Source of the DNA: Candidatus Latescibacterota bacterium | GTDB lineage: Bacteria; Latescibacterota; UBA2968; UBA8231 | Assembly (NCBI GenBank): GCA_965204725.1 | Contig: OZ242005.1 | Span: 4,064,001 to 4,128,000 of the forward strand | Reading direction: 5' to 3' | Length of the DNA: 64,000 nt | Shown: positions 29,028 through 37,976 of the stretch, one piece after another | Position numbering within the stretch: position 1 is the first letter of the stretch | How the letters are laid out: each line of letters opens with the position of its first letter | Notes under the pieces: generated by a model | Databases searched by the model: none | The model's input: only the letters and a program-made list of their open reading frames with translations | Told to the model about the DNA's origin: nothing | Position numbers and translations under genes: made by a program

Positions 29028-29218
29028 AAAAAAGCCCCGTCCATTCGGACAGAGCCTTTTGACACTCCGCTTCAACCACAAGTAATTGATAATTATTCCT
29101 AAAAAGGGCCAAATCGCGGTAGATCGGCGATCCTCGATGAAAAAACCGCCGATAACCAGAGTTATCAGTGGTCTCCGCATATAAAAAAAGCCCCGTCACC
29201 GGCAAGCGGCAACGGGGC
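29028..29218 (-). terminator. Three stacked intrinsic terminators on the minus strand
   Basis: Hairpin plus U-tract at 29028-29055, 29140-29172 and 29183-29218; stems are complete only with G-U pairs on the minus-strand RNA. Confidence 0.7.
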
Positions 29219-29253
29219 GTTGGGCGTCCTCAGAGTAGAGGACGAGGCTACTG

Positions 29254-30096
29254 CTAGGAGGGCGGAGGCCCGTGATCTACGGATACCCCTTCCCCTTTCA
29301 AGAATAAGAGAAGAGGGTGAAGCTCGCGGGTAACGGAGTTGTAAGCAATATTAATCCTCTGTACGCGCAAATCTGCCAGAACTTTCAGACAAGCAAGCGG
29401 CTTGAAACTCGTAATACCCCGGTTGCCATTTAGGTTTAAGTATTCCAACTTGGGCAAATCTTCCAAAAAAGAAATATCCGTAAGCCCAAGCGCATTTACC
29501 TTTAGATCGGTCAAGTTGGGCATTCCGGCAACCGCTGCCTTCAGACCGTCGCTGCCCATCCTCTGCTTGACGCCGTCCACCACCTGGTAGTTGACCCCTA
29601 TCCGAAGAGAAGTCAACTTGTTCAGACCGGCCAAAGAAGAAACATCCGTAATTTGGTTTTCTGCCAAGTACAAGATTTCCAACTTGTCCAGATCGGCCAA
29701 AGGAGTTACATCCTCAATGCTGTTGCTGCTTAGGTACAGCTCTGTCAAGTTGGTAGCGTGCTCAAGGCCGGTCAAGTCGCTAATCCCTTTGCCGCCAGCG
29801 GAAAGCGTTTCTAGCTTTGCAAGGTTTGCCGTTGTAAGCGGGTTTGTCCCTGCGGGAATGTCAAGTTTCCCTGCTGCCGACAAATCCCAGAGTCCTTGAG
29901 TAACCGCTACCCTTAGACTATCGTCGAGAATGCGAACCTCGGTCGAAAACGTCGATACTTGTGTTGCCGATCCGTCATCGTCCGTCACGGCCTTGTTTGA
30001 AGGGCTGACGGGCGAGGAGTCGGACGAGCACCCGATCCACGCGCCGAAGAAAGCCAGCAGGCTGAGGCCCAGTAGGTTTTTGAGTGACTTGAACAT
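29254..30096 (-). CDS. Internalin-like leucine-rich-repeat lipoprotein
   Basis: Lipobox-like WIGC; ISDLTGLEHATNLTELYLSSNSIEDVTPLADL-type 22-aa LRRs. Confidence 0.85.
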   Translation of the reverse strand: MFKSLKNLLGLSLLAFFGAWIGCSSDSSPVSPSNKAVTDDDGSATQVSTFSTEVRILDDSLRVAVTQGLWDLSAAGKLDIPAGTNPLTTANLAKLETLSAGGKGISDLTGLEHATNLTELYLSSNSIEDVTPLADLDKLEILYLAENQITDVSSLAGLNKLTSLRIGVNYQVVDGVKQRMGSDGLKAAVAGMPNLTDLKVNALGLTDISFLEDLPKLEYLNLNGNRGITSFKPLACLKVLADLRVQRINIAYNSVTRELHPLLLFLKGEGVSVDHGPPPS

Positions 30097-30201
30097 GGTT
30101 TTTCCTTCCGTTGGAGTGAGCGGCGTACCCGCCTTGAGTTACGCCGCAGGTTACGAGACTGATCCACGACGGCAGTTTGTCAATCGCCCTTTTGCGCGGC
30201 G

Positions 30202-30999
30202 TCAAGGACACCGTAGAGGATACACTCTAGGGATGTGGTCAAACGCTACGGCCTGTTTCTTCGGGATGCGTTCAGCGGTGGCAACCGCTTGAACGCTTGC
30301 CACCGCCGGGTCGTCGCGGCCATTGCGTCGTCTATTGCCCTCTCCCGCTTTGGCGATTTTCGCATTGCCCGCCGGGTCTTGGACAAGCCTTGTTTCCGCA
30401 ACTGCTGAACGCAGCAGGAGGCTTTGCGTTGGCTTGACTCGGCCCTCAAGGAAGGCCGTTTTGAAGGCCCTAACATCCTCGCTGCCGTCTTTGAAACCCA
30501 TGCCCCGCGCTTGCACGGGGGCAAGTAGCGCGGCGTTGGTCATGGCGTCGTGCAATTCGCCCAACCGCCATCTATCGGCAGCGATGGCGTCCGGGTAGCC
30601 AAGCCTAAGCTGCGCGGCGTTCAAGAGTTCGCCCACTGGCACGACCTTGTCACCAAGCAAGAGTAGTTCGGCCCTATCTGCCATATTCCGATACAAGCCC
30701 GGTTTCACGCCGTCGAAACGTTCACGGACGCCCAACGGCGGATCGTTGGGGAATGCTGCGATGGCGTCAAGACGGCCTGTTTCCGGGTAGTATGCGGCAA
30801 CGGCGCTCATTGCCGCAGTTGCCCCTAAGTCAATGCCCCAAACACAAGGGCCGGTCTTGTTCGCGCTTGTCGTTACTTCGTCCTCTACGGCCAACCATTC
30901 GTCAGGAGTTACCAAGTAGAGGACGACCACGTCGCTGACGCCCATGTTCAAGCGCAACGCCTTGAATTGGGCAAGCAGGGATGGGTCTCGTTGGGCCGC
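30202..30999 (-). pseudogene. Phage terminase large subunit, C-terminal nuclease domain only
   Basis: FKALRLN, WGIDLG, AADRWR, RGMGFKD.S and VQDPAGNAKIAK...RDDPAVA pattern; ATPase half missing (stop at 31000-31002). Confidence 0.65.
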
Positions 31000-31052
31000 T
31001 CACCAAACCCATAACTACAAGCACCACACCGCCCAAGCAAGCCTCAGATAGC

Positions 31053-31700
31053 CTACCCGTCCACAGACTCCAAATAATCCGCCACCTCCAACCAACTGCC
31101 CCGGGCCGCCTCGTCCCGAGCCGTATAGCCATCGTCGTTCTTAGCCCTCACATCCGCCCCCTGCTCTACCAAATACCGCACCACTTCCAACGAGCCGCAC
31201 CAAGCCGCCAAGTGAAGAACCGTAGTGCCGCTGTTGGTCGTAGCCCTCACCTCCGCCCCCTGCTCTACCAAATACCGCACGATCCCCAACCGACCCTCCA
31301 AAGCCGCGGAGTGAAGAACCGCAACGCCGCGGTTAGTCGTAGCGTTCACCTCCGCCCCCTGCTCTACCAAATACCGCACCACTTCCAACGAGCCGCCCGA
31401 GGCCGCCCAGTGCAGAGCCGCCCAGTGCAGAGCCGTCCAGCCGCGGTCATTTGTAGCGTTCACCTCCGCCCCCGCACCCACCAAATACCGCACGATCCCC
31501 AACTGACCCTCCAAAGCCGCGGAGTGCAAAGCCGTAAAGCCAGCGTTATCCTTAGCATTAACCGGCATACCCGCCTCCACAAACAGTTTGACAACCTCTA
31601 CGTTGCCCTCGCCCGCCGCAGCACCAAAAGCCGCTGCCGTATAGTCAATACCACGCCGACCCAGCGCCGCACGTGCATCACCCGAATCCAACGACACCAT
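31053..31700 (-). CDS. Ankyrin-repeat protein (about 5-6 repeats)
   Basis: G.TALH.AA..G.L.VVRYLVEQGAEVNA repeats; 99-bp DNA periodicity; AAAGGAG SD. Confidence 0.92.
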   Translation of the reverse strand: MVSLDSGDARAALGRRGIDYTAAAFGAAAGEGNVEVVKLFVEAGMPVNAKDNAGFTALHSAALEGQLGIVRYLVGAGAEVNATNDRGWTALHWAALHWAASGGSLEVVRYLVEQGAEVNATTNRGVAVLHSAALEGRLGIVRYLVEQGAEVRATTNSGTTVLHLAAWCGSLEVVRYLVEQGADVRAKNDDGYTARDEAARGSWLEVADYLESVDG

Positions 31701-31719
31701 AGAAAAGCTCCTTTCTCAA

Positions 31720-31806
31720 TGAACTACGAAATGAACTACGTGAACTACGAAATGAACTACGAGTTGACCATTTTAGCACAAAAAGCACAAAAAGCACAAA
31801 AAGCAC
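31720..31806. repeat. Tandem repeats: 2 x 21 bp and about 3.5 x 9 bp
   Basis: (TGAACTACGAAATGAACTACG)x2 at 31720-31761; (AGCACAAAA)x3 plus AGCAC at 31775-31806. Confidence 0.9.
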
Positions 31807-31869
31807 CCCCCTCGTATTTGCCCGTATCAGTATCGGGCAACGGCGGCAAAACGTTGCTCCACAAGGCGT

Positions 31870-32286
31870 CTATTTCTGCTCGTGAGAGCGCGTTTCGAGG
31901 CCGAGCACGGCAATGGCCTCAACCTCGACGAGCATCCCGGGCAGCACCAAGTCGGCGACCGTCACGGTAGAACTGGCGGGGACGTGGTTGGGAAAGGCTT
32001 CGGCACGGGCGGTCGAGTACTCGGCGTAGCGACCAGTATCGGTGATAAACGAGGTGATTTTGACCACGTCGTCCATGGTCGCACCGGCCTCGGCGAGCAC
32101 GGCGCGGATGTTGGCAAAGACTTGGCGCGACTGGGCGGTCATATCGCCTTCGCCGACGAGATTCCCTTGCGGGTCGAGCGGCCCTTGGCCGGAGACATAG
32201 ACCGTATCGCCGACCTGCACGGCTTGCGAGATGCGGAATTTCTCGGCCCAAGGCCAAGGGGGGTTGTGTGCTTTGCGTTGAGTCAT
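31870..32286 (-). CDS. RidA/YjgF family protein
   Basis: SQAV.VG..VYVSGQ, VVKIT.F and LVEVEAIA motifs; ATG 32286 with AGGAGG SD. Confidence 0.9.
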   Translation of the reverse strand: MTQRKAHNPPWPWAEKFRISQAVQVGDTVYVSGQGPLDPQGNLVGEGDMTAQSRQVFANIRAVLAEAGATMDDVVKITSFITDTGRYAEYSTARAEAFPNHVPASSTVTVADLVLPGMLVEVEAIAVLGLETRSHEQK

Positions 32287-32294
32287 CTTTCCTC

Positions 32295-33413
32295 CTATTG
32301 CCAGAGCGGCTCGCCATCCTCCAGCGAACTTTGCAAAAACGCCTCGTTTAACTCCACCCCTAGCCCCGGCTTTTCGCTCAGCACCACGTGTCCCTCCTGA
32401 ATCACCGGCTCGTCGGCGAGGACCACCTCGCCCCACGTGGGGTCGTCGTAGCGGTGGAACTCCAAGGCGAGAAAATTGGGCACGCTGGCGCAGACGTGGG
32501 CGTCGGCCACAGTGCTCAAGGCGCTGGAATTGTTGTGCGGGGCAAAGGGGATGTAATAGGTCTCGGCCATGTTGGCGATCTTGCGGCACTCGGATAGGCC
32601 GCCGCACTTGGAAATGTCGGGCATGATAATATCGACCGCTTGCTGCTCGAGCATGTCGCGGAAGCCGTAGCGCAAATAGGCATTCTCGCCCGCGCAAATC
32701 GGGGTGCGGGTCGAGTCGGTGATGCGCTTGAGGGCGTCGATGTTCTCGGGCGGGACCGGCTCTTCGAGCCACATCAGATTCAGGCCCTCAAGCGCGTGGG
32801 CGAACTTCATGCCAGCGGTGGCATCGTAGCGACCGTGCAGGTCAATGGCCAAGTCCATAGCGGGGCCAACCGCCTCGCGGATCTGGTGGGCTTGGTCGAC
32901 CAGGTCGTCTAACTCGGCCGGGGCGACCGACCAGTTCCAAGCATCGAGCTTTTCGGGGTGGCCCGCGTCGTCGAGGTCGAACTTAATCGCGTTGAAGCCT
33001 TTGGCCCGCACGTCCTCGGCGCGCCTTTTGTAATCCGAATGGGCACTATCGACGTAGAGGCGCACCCGGTCGCGGAATTTGCCGCCCAAGAGCCGATAGA
33101 CGGGGATGCCTTGGGCTTTACCGGCCAAATCCCACAGCGCGACCTCAAGGCCGGTCAGCGCTGAAATCGCCAAGCCCGACATGCCGCCGCGAAAGATGTA
33201 GCTGCGGCGGATGCCTTCAAAGAGCGCATCAACATCGCGGGGGTCCTTGCCGATGAGCTGGGCGGCCATGGATTGGGTGGAGCCGCGCCAGCCGCCATCC
33301 ACGTGGCTGGCCTCGCCCGTGCCGTAGAGGCCCTCATCCGTGTGGATGCGGACGTAGTGGTAGAGATACCCGGGTACGCGCACTTGAGCGGTTTTGACCT
33401 CTGTGATCTTCAA
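32295..33413 (-). CDS. Mandelate racemase family, galactonate dehydratase-like
   Basis: EVALWDLAGK, IDLHG, WLEEP, GEN, APHN and KPGLGVE motifs. Confidence 0.9.
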   Translation of the reverse strand: MKITEVKTAQVRVPGYLYHYVRIHTDEGLYGTGEASHVDGGWRGSTQSMAAQLIGKDPRDVDALFEGIRRSYIFRGGMSGLAISALTGLEVALWDLAGKAQGIPVYRLLGGKFRDRVRLYVDSAHSDYKRRAEDVRAKGFNAIKFDLDDAGHPEKLDAWNWSVAPAELDDLVDQAHQIREAVGPAMDLAIDLHGRYDATAGMKFAHALEGLNLMWLEEPVPPENIDALKRITDSTRTPICAGENAYLRYGFRDMLEQQAVDIIMPDISKCGGLSECRKIANMAETYYIPFAPHNNSSALSTVADAHVCASVPNFLALEFHRYDDPTWGEVVLADEPVIQEGHVVLSEKPGLGVELNEAFLQSSLEDGEPLWQ

Positions 33414-33428
33414 GGGAGTCCCTTTCTT

Positions 33429-34106
33429 CTATAGGTGTAGTTGGCCGATTGCGTGCGTGGCCGCGTCGCAGTACCAGAGCACGCCCTCGTGGATGGTCAG
33501 CCCGTGGACTTCGGTGGGGGCCTCGACGCGGATGACCTCCCAGATGCGGCCGTCTCGGGGGTCGAGGCGGTTGATGGTGCCGGCCGAGGTGTCGGCGACC
33601 CAAAGGGTGCCGTCGTCGGCCCACGCTAGGCCGTGGACCCGGAGGCCGGGGACGCGGAAGGAATGGACTTCTTCCCAAGTGCTGGCATCCATCACGTGGA
33701 CGAATTGCGAAGGCGGCGAGGCCACGTACACCTGGCCGTCCTTCCACTCTAAGCCGTGGGCCCCGGTGACGCGGCCACTCTGCTGGTCGGCGACCCAAGC
33801 GACGACGCCATTACCGGGCGAATCGAGCTTGGCGATGGTTTGGCCGGTAGTCGGGTCGAGGCGGGCGATTTTAAGCTCAAAGGTCGAGGCGACCCACAGC
33901 GAGCCGCCGCCGAGCGTAATGCCGCTGGAGTGCTCGGTGTCGGTCTGGGCGGCAAAAAGGGTCTCGCCGCTTTCGTAGTCGAATTTATAGACCTTGAGGT
34001 CAACTTGGTCGATACACCAGAGGCCGTCGGGCGCGGCTTGCAGGCCATTGGGCTGGGGACCGGGGCATTTGAAACGCTCTTCAACGCGGGCGACTTGGAT
34101 GGTCAT
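33429..34106 (-). CDS. Beta-propeller protein (Vgb/glutaminyl-cyclase-like)
   Basis: Repeated PNGL/HGL.W.DG.LWV blades. Confidence 0.7.
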   Translation of the reverse strand: MTIQVARVEERFKCPGPQPNGLQAAPDGLWCIDQVDLKVYKFDYESGETLFAAQTDTEHSSGITLGGGSLWVASTFELKIARLDPTTGQTIAKLDSPGNGVVAWVADQQSGRVTGAHGLEWKDGQVYVASPPSQFVHVMDASTWEEVHSFRVPGLRVHGLAWADDGTLWVADTSAGTINRLDPRDGRIWEVIRVEAPTEVHGLTIHEGVLWYCDAATHAIGQLHL

Positions 34107-34134
34107 GGTATGCTTTCTTTGCTAGGGGTTGGGA

Positions 34135-34914
34135 TTAGGCCGACCGGCCCATGAGGTAGTTCCAGTTTTGACGGCGGATGGCTCGCTCCTTGTAGTGGTC
34201 GCTCTGGGAGACGCCGAGCGGGTTGGTGAAGTTGAGGATGTTGGTGACGTCCTCGGCCCGGTCGCGCTCGTTCCAGTTGGTGGGCTGGTTGGCCGCGGCT
34301 GGATCGTGGTTCCAAGTGGGGGCGGTGTTGTCCCGCGTACGGCGGAAGAGGAACTTGATCATGTGGCGCTTGTGCGGCGAGCGGTTGGCAGCCGTGCCGT
34401 GCCACAGGTCGTAGTGCGTAAAGGCCACGGTCCCGGCCTTGACCACGAGCGGCACTTGGCCGCGGATGTTGGTGTACGTGGCCATGCGGTCCGTCGGCGC
34501 GTTGCGGAACTGGGTGCCGGGGACGATGATGGTCGGCCCCATGTCGGGCGTGACGTCGGTCGGGTAGTACAGCCCCAAGAAGCGGTTGAGCAGTACATCG
34601 CGGTTGTTGAGGCCGTCTTGGTGCCAGCTCATGTGCGAGGCGTTTGGCTGCTTGCAATGCCAGTGGCGATGCGGCTGCACCTCGTAGTCTGGGCCGAGCA
34701 GGCTGACGAGGGCGCCGGTGACGGCCGGATGGTCGAGCACCTGCCAGAGTTGGGGCACGGCTTCGGTGATGGCGTCGCCGGGGTTGTGGTCTAACGCGTC
34801 GAGCTGGTCGGCGATAGACTCGTTGAGCCCGGCGGGCAACTCCGGCTCAACGAGATGGTAGCCGGAGACGAGGAAACGAGCCACTTCGGCGTCGCTGAGC
34901 AAATGCTTATCCAT
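34135..34914 (-). CDS. PhyH family dioxygenase
   Basis: SWHQDG, DMGPT.IVPG and HYDLWH...N...R motifs; ATG 34914. Confidence 0.88.
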   Translation of the reverse strand: MDKHLLSDAEVARFLVSGYHLVEPELPAGLNESIADQLDALDHNPGDAITEAVPQLWQVLDHPAVTGALVSLLGPDYEVQPHRHWHCKQPNASHMSWHQDGLNNRDVLLNRFLGLYYPTDVTPDMGPTIIVPGTQFRNAPTDRMATYTNIRGQVPLVVKAGTVAFTHYDLWHGTAANRSPHKRHMIKFLFRRTRDNTAPTWNHDPAAANQPTNWNERDRAEDVTNILNFTNPLGVSQSDHYKERAIRRQNWNYLMGRSA

Positions 34915-35191
34915 CGGCGATACCCTCCATTTTCTGTAGGATGAACTCATAGCCTATCACGTCCAACTCCCGGTCGTCGAACGGGGCCTGTAGGTGCGGG
35001 AATTGGACGATTTGCCAGCCGTCAACTACGGCGTCGTGTACGGTTTGGTAGGGCCAATCGGGTGCTGACTCAGCGCGGATCTCGGGCACAAAGCCCGCGA
35101 CCGGCTCGATGAGCGTTAGGCCGATGATGGGGGACATGACGCTGGGGGTGCGCGCCTGCAAGTAGAGCAGGCGTTGGCGGGGTGCGTCCAT
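34907..35191 (-). CDS. Small hypothetical protein overlapping the PhyH start
   Basis: Typical codon usage; 8-nt overlap with the downstream gene; PY.TVHDAV.DGW.IVQFP...YEFILQK. Confidence 0.6.
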   Translation of the reverse strand: MDAPRQRLLYLQARTPSVMSPIIGLTLIEPVAGFVPEIRAESAPDWPYQTVHDAVVDGWQIVQFPHLQAPFDDRELDVIGYEFILQKMEGIADG

Positions 35192-35325
35192 TGGGTTGAA
35201 TCGCTCCTGCAATGCGGGGTGTACAGCGCAGCGTTTAATATAGAAAGGCGGTGCGGCGCGGCCAATGACGCCTCTTGATAGCGGCGGCTGTCTTTCGTAG
35301 CTTGCCCCGCTGAGGAGACGGAAAA

Positions 35326-36297
35326 ATGCAATACAACACCCTAGGTCGCACGGGCGTCAAAGTGTCTTCCCTGTGCTACGGCACCATGGCCTTTGGCGGC
35401 GATGCGGACGAGGCGACCTCCGGGCAGATGTACCGCTACTGCCGTGCGTTGGGGATCAATTTCTTCGACACGGCTAACATCTATTCCAACGGGCGTTCCG
35501 AGGAGATCTTGGGCCGGTTGATCCAAGGCGAGCGCGACGAGTTGGTCATCACCTCAAAAGTCTGCGGTCCGATGGGGGATGACCCCAACGACCGGGGCTT
35601 GTCGCGGCGGCACATTGTGCAGGCCATCGAGGCCAGTCTCAGGCGGTTGCAGACGGACCGCCTCGACCTCTATTTCGTCCATAATTTCGACGAAGACACG
35701 CCGATGGAAGAGACCCTCGCCGCGCTCGACGACTTGGTGCGCCACGGCAAAATCCTCTATCCGGCCGTGAGCAACTGGGCCGCTTGGCAAATGGCCCAAG
35801 CCCTCGGCCATTGTGCCCGCGCAGGGCTAGCACCTTTTGCGTGTATTCAGCCCATGTACAACTTGGCCAAGCGGCAAGTGGAGGTAGAGATTTTGCCGCT
35901 GGCCCGTTCCGAAGGCTTGGGCGTGATTACCTATAGCCCCTTGGGCGGCGGCTTGCTGACCGGCAAGTACGGGATTGACAAGCGGCCAGCGCGGGGGCGT
36001 CTCTTGCAGCAGGACAACTACATCAAGCGCTATGCCAACCCCGTGTTCTACGAAATCGCCGAGCGCTTTGTGCGCTATGCCGGCGACCAAGGCGTCCATC
36101 CGGCGACCTTGGCCATCGCTTGGGTTATGGGGCATCGAGACGTGACCGCGCCGATTGTCGGCGGGCGCGACCTAGACCAACTCAAGCCATCGCTCGCCGC
36201 GCTCGACTTCGCCATGTCTGCCGAAATGCGCGATGAGGTGTCGGCACTCTCGATTGCGCCACCGCCCGCTACTGACCGCGACGAGGTCCAGTCTTAA
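35326..36297 (+). CDS. Aldo/keto reductase
   Basis: LGRTG.KVS.LC.GTM.FG, FDTANIY, SLRRLQTD.LDLY and YSPLGGGLLTGKY motifs. Confidence 0.95.
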   Translation: MQYNTLGRTGVKVSSLCYGTMAFGGDADEATSGQMYRYCRALGINFFDTANIYSNGRSEEILGRLIQGERDELVITSKVCGPMGDDPNDRGLSRRHIVQAIEASLRRLQTDRLDLYFVHNFDEDTPMEETLAALDDLVRHGKILYPAVSNWAAWQMAQALGHCARAGLAPFACIQPMYNLAKRQVEVEILPLARSEGLGVITYSPLGGGLLTGKYGIDKRPARGRLLQQDNYIKRYANPVFYEIAERFVRYAGDQGVHPATLAIAWVMGHRDVTAPIVGGRDLDQLKPSLAALDFAMSAEMRDEVSALSIAPPPATDRDEVQS

Positions 36298-36314
36298 CGG
36301 AAGGAAAAGGAACC

Positions 36315-37103
36315 ATGAGACCCAACAAGCTGCGCGAAAAACTCAACGCCGGTGAGCCGACGCTCGCCACCCACATCCACACCACTTGGCCATCGATCGT
36401 TGAGGCCCTAGGGCATACCGGCGCGTACGATTACGTGGAATTTGTCGCCGAGTACGCCCCCTTTGACCTGCACGACTTGGACAACCTCGCCCGAGCCGCC
36501 GAGCTATGGGATTTGGGAACGATGATCAAGGTCGATGCCGAAAACCGCGCTTACGTGGCCCAACGGGCCATCGGGTCGGGCTTTGGCAGCGTCCTCTTTG
36601 CCGACGTACGCGATCCAGACGACGCACGGGCCTGTGTGCGTTGCGTGCGCGCCGACGCGCCCGGGGATGAAGGCACTTATGGGGTCGCCATGCGGCGCTT
36701 CGCCTATATGAGCTATGGCGGCACCCCGGAGTACGTCCAAGCGCTGCGCGACGTGGTCGTAGTTCTGATGATCGAAAAGGAGAGTGCCGTCGCCGACTTG
36801 GAGGCCATGCTCGCGGTGGAAGGGGTCGAGATGGTCCAGTGGGGAGGAGCTGATTACTCCATGAGCGTCGGCAAGGCCGGCCAGCGCGGCGCACCGGAAA
36901 TTGCCGCTGCCGAAGAAAAGGTCTTTAAGACGGCCTTGGAAATGGGCGTCCATCCCCGCGCCGAGATCAACTCAGCCGACGACGCCAAGCGCTATCTCGA
37001 CATGGGGGTCCGGCACTTCTGCGTCGGCACGGATATATCGGTGCTGTATGGGTATTGGCGTGAGCAGGGCGAGGCGATGCGGCGGGCGTTGGAGGGGGAG
37101 TAG
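36315..37103 (+). CDS. HpcH/HpaI aldolase family protein
   Basis: N.LREKL..GEP, LMIEK.SAV and WG.ADYSMS.G motifs. Confidence 0.88.
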   Translation: MRPNKLREKLNAGEPTLATHIHTTWPSIVEALGHTGAYDYVEFVAEYAPFDLHDLDNLARAAELWDLGTMIKVDAENRAYVAQRAIGSGFGSVLFADVRDPDDARACVRCVRADAPGDEGTYGVAMRRFAYMSYGGTPEYVQALRDVVVVLMIEKESAVADLEAMLAVEGVEMVQWGGADYSMSVGKAGQRGAPEIAAAEEKVFKTALEMGVHPRAEINSADDAKRYLDMGVRHFCVGTDISVLYGYWREQGEAMRRALEGE

Positions 37104-37105
37104 CC

Positions 37106-37197
37106 TCACCCCCGCCACACCCTCGTCCGCAGCCCTTCAATCCCTTCGCTCAAGGCGCGGCGGTAGAGCCACAAGTCGCCGCCATAAGCTATGCAGC
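37106..37197 (-). repeat. Orphan duplicate of the last 92 bp of the aldolase gene at 37977-38068
   Basis: 89/92 identical direct repeat. Confidence 0.9.
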
Positions 37198-37246
37198 CCG
37201 GTCAAATGTCTCGATTTCTCGGCTCTAAAATTCCTTCCGTTGTCAT

Positions 37247-37654
37247 TTAGCTTTGTCCTGAGTCGTCGGTATCGCGCTCAGTTCGTCGGTACTCGCCTCT
37301 AGTCTCCGGCAGACGCCAAGTACTCTGTGCAACATCTCGCATGACTACCAGTAAACCGGGCCATTGCGCGTCGTCAAATTGCCGTAACGCCTGCATAATG
37401 AGTTGGTGAATTTTGTGGCGGTTCGGTCGTCGCAGGCGTATGATGAGTATCCCGTGATGCGCCACTGTTCTATAGCACGTGAACCCTTTGTCCGTCGTAA
37501 TCAACAGGCGCTCTTCCCGCTGTGCTATCTCCCACAAGGCATCATCTTTCATCCCTTCATCTGGGGTACCACGAATATCGCGGACATCATACCCCATTAT
37601 ATGCAAGGCTTGGACCGTCATGAGGGGGATGTGCTCATCGACCAAGACCTTCAT
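37247..37654 (-). CDS. DUF5615 PIN-like toxin (VapC45-like)
   Basis: MKVLVDEHIP, D..LW.IA..EERLLITTDKGF and HGILIIRL motifs. Confidence 0.85.
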   Translation of the reverse strand: MKVLVDEHIPLMTVQALHIMGYDVRDIRGTPDEGMKDDALWEIAQREERLLITTDKGFTCYRTVAHHGILIIRLRRPNRHKIHQLIMQALRQFDDAQWPGLLVVMRDVAQSTWRLPETRGEYRRTERDTDDSGQS

Positions 37655-37887
37655 ACCTCACCCGAGAGCACCTCAAGAGGAGCTATATGCTCTTCAGCCA
37701 GTGAGGCTCCATAGTCGAAGCAAGCGAGGACATCTTCCCATGTTAGAGAAGGATATTCTTGAAGTAGGTCTTCGATGGTATCCCCGTTGGCGAGCATCCG
37801 AAGGATTTGATGCACGGGAAGGCGCGTCCCCTTGATGCAAGCCTGGCCGTGATATACTTGAGGATCAATAGTAATTCGGTTGTCCAT
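37651..37887 (-). CDS. DUF433 antitoxin
   Basis: RITIDPQV.HGQACIKGTR.PV..IL..LA.G...EDLL.EYP.L..EDV; ATG 37887; ATGA overlap with the toxin. Confidence 0.9.
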   Translation of the reverse strand: MDNRITIDPQVYHGQACIKGTRLPVHQILRMLANGDTIEDLLQEYPSLTWEDVLACFDYGASLAEEHIAPLEVLSGEV

Positions 37888-37976
37888 ACTCTCACTTCCT
37901 GATTTGTGTTGCGTTGACTTAACCCAAACGGATGGCCTATCTGTGGTACGCCCCGGTAAAGAGCGATCTATTGTGA

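Noticed and set aside
30981-31970. 329-aa repetitive plus-strand ORF
   Set aside because: Its repeats are the antisense reading of the ankyrin gene and the non-coding tandem repeats.
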